NCBI GenBank assembly: GCA_018260315.1
Contig: JAGLBJ010000001.1
Coordinates: 42,420 to 106,419 of the forward strand
Length of the DNA stretch: 64,000 nt
Direction: 5' to 3'
From: Moraxellaceae bacterium
GTDB taxonomy: Bacteria; Pseudomonadota; Gammaproteobacteria; Pseudomonadales; Moraxellaceae
Shown here: positions 59,893 through 64,000 of the stretch, in pieces
How positions within the stretch are numbered: the stretch's first letter is position 1
How the letters are laid out: every line of letters starts with the position of its first letter
Position numbers and translations under genes: made by a program
Notes under the pieces: generated by a model
The model's database searches: none
What the model saw: only the letters and a program-made list of their open reading frames with translations
Told to the model about the DNA's origin: nothing

Positions 59893-62800
59893 ATGAAAAA
59901 GCCATCTAAAAAACTATCGCAAGCTGGACTCATACACCCCATCGTTGCTGTTATCCTATCGTTGCTGCTGGCGGTGCCGGTTGGATTTTACGGGATTTAT
60001 TTATACCTTGCGCCGACGCTGCCCAATACCGAGCTGCTTAAAAGCTCGCCGATTGAAACGCCGATGCAGGTCTATACCAAAGATGGCAAGCTCATCGGTG
60101 AATTTGGCGAAAAACTGTCCATTCCCGTGACTTATAACCAGATTCCATTAAATATGGTGCATGCGTTTTTGGCGGCTGAAGATGCGTCCTTTTTTACGCA
60201 TAGCGGCATTAGCTTTAAAGGGCTGGGCCGTGCGGTTGCTGAAGCGGTGCAAGGTGGCGGGGCCCAAACAGGCGGCTCGACCATTACCATGCAGGTGGCA
60301 AAAAACTTTTATCTTTCACCGGAACGTACCTTAAAACGCAAATTAACCGAAATCTTTTTGGCGCGTGAAATTGAGCAAAATTTAACCAAGCCCGAAATTT
60401 TAACGCTGTATGTCAATAAAATCTTTCTGGGTCAACATGCCTATGGCATTGCAGCCGCAGCACGGGTTTACTACAACAAGCCGCTAAGCGATTTAACTAT
60501 TGCCGAAATGGCGATGATTGCAGGTTTGCCTAAAGCCCCTTCAAAATATAATCCCGTGGTTAACCCTGAACGGGCGCTTGAACGGCGCAACTGGATTATC
60601 GGACGTATGCTACAGCTTGGTTTTATCAATAAAAATCAATACGATACCGCCGTTCATGCACCCATAGGGCTGCACCCTTATGAACATCAACTCGATATGA
60701 ATGCGCCGTACCTAGCCGAAATGGCCCGCTCCGAGATGGTTGAAAAATTTGGCGATAATATTTTAAATTCGGGCTGGAAAGTCTACACCACCGTAAGCAG
60801 CATACGCCAAAAAGCTGCTGATGAAGCAGTCAAGGCAGGCCTTGAAGCGTATGACCATCGGCATGGCTGGTATGGTCCAGAAGAGCTTAAACCCAAGCAA
60901 ACGCTGGCCAGTTTTTATCCGATTGGCAGCATGTATCCCGCACAAGTGACTAAAGTTCAGGCACGCCGAATCGAAGTCCAATTACAAGATGGGCGCATTG
61001 TACCGATTGAATGGAGCGGTTTGTCGTGGGCACGCAAGTTTAAAGATGTCGACCGGACAGGGGGCGCGCCGAGTAATGCTGCACAACTGGTTAAAGTGGG
61101 CGATATTATTCGTGCAAAACCGATTATTAAAACAACGTCCAAAATCATCAAGGCCCAAAAAGCCAAAAAAGATGCCAAAGGTAATATTACGACCCCGGCT
61201 GTGCCAGAACAGGAAGTGATTACTCAGGACGTTACCTGGGTGCTAGGTCAGGTGCCAAGGGTTCAAGGGCAGCTTGTATCGCTTGACCCGCAAGATGGCG
61301 CGTTACAGGCGGTGGTCGGAGGTTACGACTTTAGCGGCAGTAAATTTAACCGGTCTATTCAGGGGTGGCGTCAACCGGGCTCAACCATCAAGCCGTTTAT
61401 TTATTCGCTGGCATTGGAACGAGGTTATAGTCCCAACAGTACAGTCATGGACACGCCCATTCATGTAGGTTCGTGGGAGCCGCAAAATTCCGACGGACGG
61501 TTTTTAGGGCCTATTCCGTTGCGCCGTGCCCTGTATCTATCACGCAACATGGTATCGATTCACTTGCTACAGGCAGTCGGTGTTGAAAATGCCCGAACCT
61601 ATATCAGTCATTTTGGTTTGGTTAAAAGTGAATTGCCGCCGACGCTTTCATTGGCATTGGGTACGGCCCAGGTGGTTCCCTTGCAGATTGCGACCGGTTA
61701 TTCAGCCTTTGCAAACGGGGGTTTTCGCATTCAGCCGTATTTTATTGACCATATCAATGATTACAACGGCAAACAGATGTTTAAGGCCGACCCTGCGCGG
61801 GTGTGTTATTCGTGTGGCAGCAGTACCCTGGTTGAAGAACACAATGCGGCCAATGCCAAACCGTTAATTGAGCCGGTTCAGGCTGATGCGCAAGGTAATG
61901 CCATTACTGCAAAGCCGGTTGACGATAACGGCAGGCTTCCGGTCCAGGACACGGCAGGCGATAAACCATTCAAGCAAGCGCCACGTATCATGAAACCCAA
62001 TGCGGCCTATGATATGGCCAGTATTTTACGTGATGTGGTTCAAAAAGGAACGGGACGCGCAGCCTTAAAAATTGGACGTAATGATATTGGGGGTAAAACA
62101 GGAACCACCAACGATGCTAAAGATGCTTGGTTTTCGGGCTTTCATCCAACTTTGGTAGCGGTGGCATGGGTCGGCTATGACCAGCCCGCCGGGCTTGGAC
62201 GTTCAGAATTTGGCGGCATTGCGGCTTTACCGATTTGGGCCGGTTACATGGAAAAAGCACTGGAAGACACGCCTAAACAGTGGGTCGCGCGCGATGGCCG
62301 GTTACAAAAAATTCCGTTAAGCACTGAAGAGCAAAACAAACGCGATAAACGGGAAGCCGAACGTGCAAAAGCCGATGCAATTGCCAAAGCGCCGCCTTTA
62401 CCGACCGTTGTGCCTCGTCCGATTGCTCCGCCGCCGCCTGCGCCTTCGCCCGTTCTGGCAGGTGCTGCGGTTGCAGGAGTGGCTGTCGTTGCAGCAGCAG
62501 CCCTCAAAGCAGCTCCATTGCCAGCAAAACGTGTGCCACCTGCGCCCCCCGCGGTGCAACCGATTCATGCTCAACCTGTGATTAAACCGGCGCCCAAACC
62601 AGTCAGTCAACCTAAAGAAGAAAAACCGCAGCGTAAGGCAACAAACATTTTAGCTAAACCAGAACCGCATCAGGATACTGCGCATAAAGCCGATACAAAA
62701 GCGCGTGCCGCTCATAAACAGGCGTCGCAAATTGATATTTTTAAACTGCAAATGGCCAAACGTGCAGAACATGAACGGGCCTTAGCCAAATTAACGCAAG

Positions 62801-63015
62801 GTCAGACAGACAGCAGCCATGCCAGCCATGTCAACCACGCTGAAAAGACTAAAAAGCCAACCCATAAAAAGGCAACGGCGCCACCCGATGACAGCAACGA
62901 TACCGCTAAGCCCGTTAAACAGCAGCGTAAGCCACGCAAAGAAAACACCGATAATGCAAACACCGGGGCCGAACAGCCTACCAATATTAATACGGCGGTT
63001 CCAGACCCGTTCTAA
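59893..63015 (+). CDS. ponA: Penicillin-binding protein 1A with a ~220-aa low-complexity C-terminal extension
   Basis: 1040 aa. Glycosyltransferase motifs (EDASFFTHSGI, GGSTITMQVAKN) and transpeptidase motifs (STIKPF, SRN, KTGTTND). Divergent from pilM, as in Pseudomonas and Acinetobacter. Confidence 0.92.
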   Translation: MKKPSKKLSQAGLIHPIVAVILSLLLAVPVGFYGIYLYLAPTLPNTELLKSSPIETPMQVYTKDGKLIGEFGEKLSIPVTYNQIPLNMVHAFLAAEDASFFTHSGISFKGLGRAVAEAVQGGGAQTGGSTITMQVAKNFYLSPERTLKRKLTEIFLAREIEQNLTKPEILTLYVNKIFLGQHAYGIAAAARVYYNKPLSDLTIAEMAMIAGLPKAPSKYNPVVNPERALERRNWIIGRMLQLGFINKNQYDTAVHAPIGLHPYEHQLDMNAPYLAEMARSEMVEKFGDNILNSGWKVYTTVSSIRQKAADEAVKAGLEAYDHRHGWYGPEELKPKQTLASFYPIGSMYPAQVTKVQARRIEVQLQDGRIVPIEWSGLSWARKFKDVDRTGGAPSNAAQLVKVGDIIRAKPIIKTTSKIIKAQKAKKDAKGNITTPAVPEQEVITQDVTWVLGQVPRVQGQLVSLDPQDGALQAVVGGYDFSGSKFNRSIQGWRQPGSTIKPFIYSLALERGYSPNSTVMDTPIHVGSWEPQNSDGRFLGPIPLRRALYLSRNMVSIHLLQAVGVENARTYISHFGLVKSELPPTLSLALGTAQVVPLQIATGYSAFANGGFRIQPYFIDHINDYNGKQMFKADPARVCYSCGSSTLVEEHNAANAKPLIEPVQADAQGNAITAKPVDDNGRLPVQDTAGDKPFKQAPRIMKPNAAYDMASILRDVVQKGTGRAALKIGRNDIGGKTGTTNDAKDAWFSGFHPTLVAVAWVGYDQPAGLGRSEFGGIAALPIWAGYMEKALEDTPKQWVARDGRLQKIPLSTEEQNKRDKREAERAKADAIAKAPPLPTVVPRPIAPPPPAPSPVLAGAAVAGVAVVAAAALKAAPLPAKRVPPAPPAVQPIHAQPVIKPAPKPVSQPKEEKPQRKATNILAKPEPHQDTAHKADTKARAAHKQASQIDIFKLQMAKRAEHERALAKLTQGQTDSSHASHVNHAEKTKKPTHKKATAPPDDSNDTAKPVKQQRKPRKENTDNANTGAEQPTNINTAVPDPF

Positions 63016-63056
63016 AACGCCAGAACAGATTTAATCAACCCGTTAAGGAGCAACAG

Positions 63057-64000
63057 ATGCAACATTCATCAGAATCAATCGTGATTGTAGGCGGCGCGCG
63101 TACTGCAATGGGTGGCTTTCAAGGAAGTTTAGCCAGCAGTACAGCCACTCAACTCGGCGCAAGCGTCATTAGTGCAGCGGTGAGCCGGGCAGGTTTGGCC
63201 CCGACCGATATACAGCAGGTCGTGATGGGCTGCGTGCTGCCAGCCGGTCTAAAACAGGGGCCTGCGCGTCAAGCCATGCGTCAGGCGGGTTTACCCGATA
63301 GTACAGGGGCGGTTACGGTCAATAAATTATGCGGCTCAGGTATGCAGGCCGTTATTCAAGCCACCGACAGCCTAAAAGCCGGCAATGCAGACATTGTGGT
63401 TGCAGGCGGTATGGAATCGATGACCAATGCCCCCTATGTATTGCCCAAAGCACGTGGCGGCTTTCGCATGGGTCATGGCGAAATTAAAGACCATATGTTT
63501 TTGGACGGTTTGGAAGATGCTGAAACAGGTCGTTTAATGGGGTCATTTGCTCAAGATACGGCTAATAAACTGGGTTATACGCGCGAACAAATGGACGCGT
63601 TTGCCATAGAGTCGTTAAAACGTGCTCAAACGGCCATTGAACAAGGCTATTTTGCCGATGAAATTACCCCGGTTACCGTATCAGGCCGTGGTGGCGATGT
63701 CGTTGTAGATAAAGACGAACAGCCGGGCAATGCCAAAGTTGATAAAATTCCGACCTTAAAACCAGCCTTTGCCAAAGACGGTACCATTACCGCAGCAAAT
63801 GCCAGTTCAATCAGTGACGGTGCTTCGGCGCTGGTCTTAATGCGCGAGTCAGATGCTGCCGCAAAAGGTCTAAAACCCTTGGCCCGCATTATTGCCACCG
63901 CCACGCATTCGCAGCATCCGAGCGAGTTTACCGTAGCTCCGATTGGCGCAATTGAAAAGGTCCTGAAAAAGGCCGATTGGCAAGCCGGCGATGTCGATTT
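63057..64000 (+). CDS. Acetyl-CoA C-acetyltransferase (thiolase), 3' end beyond the window
   Basis: Not in the ORF track (no stop in the window). AAGGAG Shine-Dalgarno at 63045. Translation MQHSSESIVIVGGARTAMGGFQGSLA...VNKLCGSGMQAV...ITAANASSISDGASALVLM contains the thiolase active-site Cys context. Confidence 0.88.
   Translation, partial: MQHSSESIVIVGGARTAMGGFQGSLASSTATQLGASVISAAVSRAGLAPTDIQQVVMGCVLPAGLKQGPARQAMRQAGLPDSTGAVTVNKLCGSGMQAVIQATDSLKAGNADIVVAGGMESMTNAPYVLPKARGGFRMGHGEIKDHMFLDGLEDAETGRLMGSFAQDTANKLGYTREQMDAFAIESLKRAQTAIEQGYFADEITPVTVSGRGGDVVVDKDEQPGNAKVDKIPTLKPAFAKDGTITAANASSISDGASALVLMRESDAAAKGLKPLARIIATATHSQHPSEFTVAPIGAIEKVLKKADWQAGDVD

Overview
Chromosomal window from a gammaproteobacterium. 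From memory, the ribosomal-protein sequences and the ponA / pilMNOPQ-aroK-aroB-SPOR-gltBD layout look Moraxellaceae/Acinetobacter-like, but I cannot verify that here. Layout: 1-10.6 kb holds the distal S10-spc ribosomal-protein superoperon on the minus strand (rpsJ to rplO), with secY running off the left edge. 11-19.6 kb holds mixed metabolic and accessory genes: a class-I amidotransferase, metC, a small secreted protein, a bestrophin-like channel, a lipoprotein 5'-nucleotidase translationally coupled to an unknown membrane protein, and leuA with a divergent Lrp/AsnC regulator. 19.8-27.8 kb holds the distal dcw genes murG-(about 500 bp gap)-murC-ddl-ftsQ-ftsA-ftsZ. 28-34.9 kb holds an orphan outer-membrane beta-barrel candidate, htpG with a textbook sigma32 promoter, a DUF4442-like protein, a minimal K+ channel and mnmC. 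34.9-37.7 kb is the most interesting locus: Roadblock/LC7 protein, ~325-aa orphan protein, COG2229/MglA-type small GTPase, second Roadblock/LC7 protein. This has the cvnB-cvnC-cvnD gene order of a conservon but no sensor kinase, and it has its own palindrome-rich upstream region. 38.2-43.1 kb holds hemH, lptG, lptF and a CPA1 antiporter. 43.2-44.3 kb is an AT-rich cassette of three small membrane-protein genes (one below the ORF-track cutoff), bracketed by a repeated 14-20 bp motif. 44.4-64 kb holds rlmA, gltBD, SPOR protein-aroB-aroK-pilQPONM (chained by overlapping stop/start codons), divergent ponA and a partial thiolase. Several envelope proteins (PilN, PBP1a, FtsQ, the SPOR protein) and ribosomal protein S3 carry long low-complexity tails. 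I recognised no rRNA, tRNA, CRISPR array, transposase or integrase. All calls come from reading the sequence and remembered family signatures; no searches were run.
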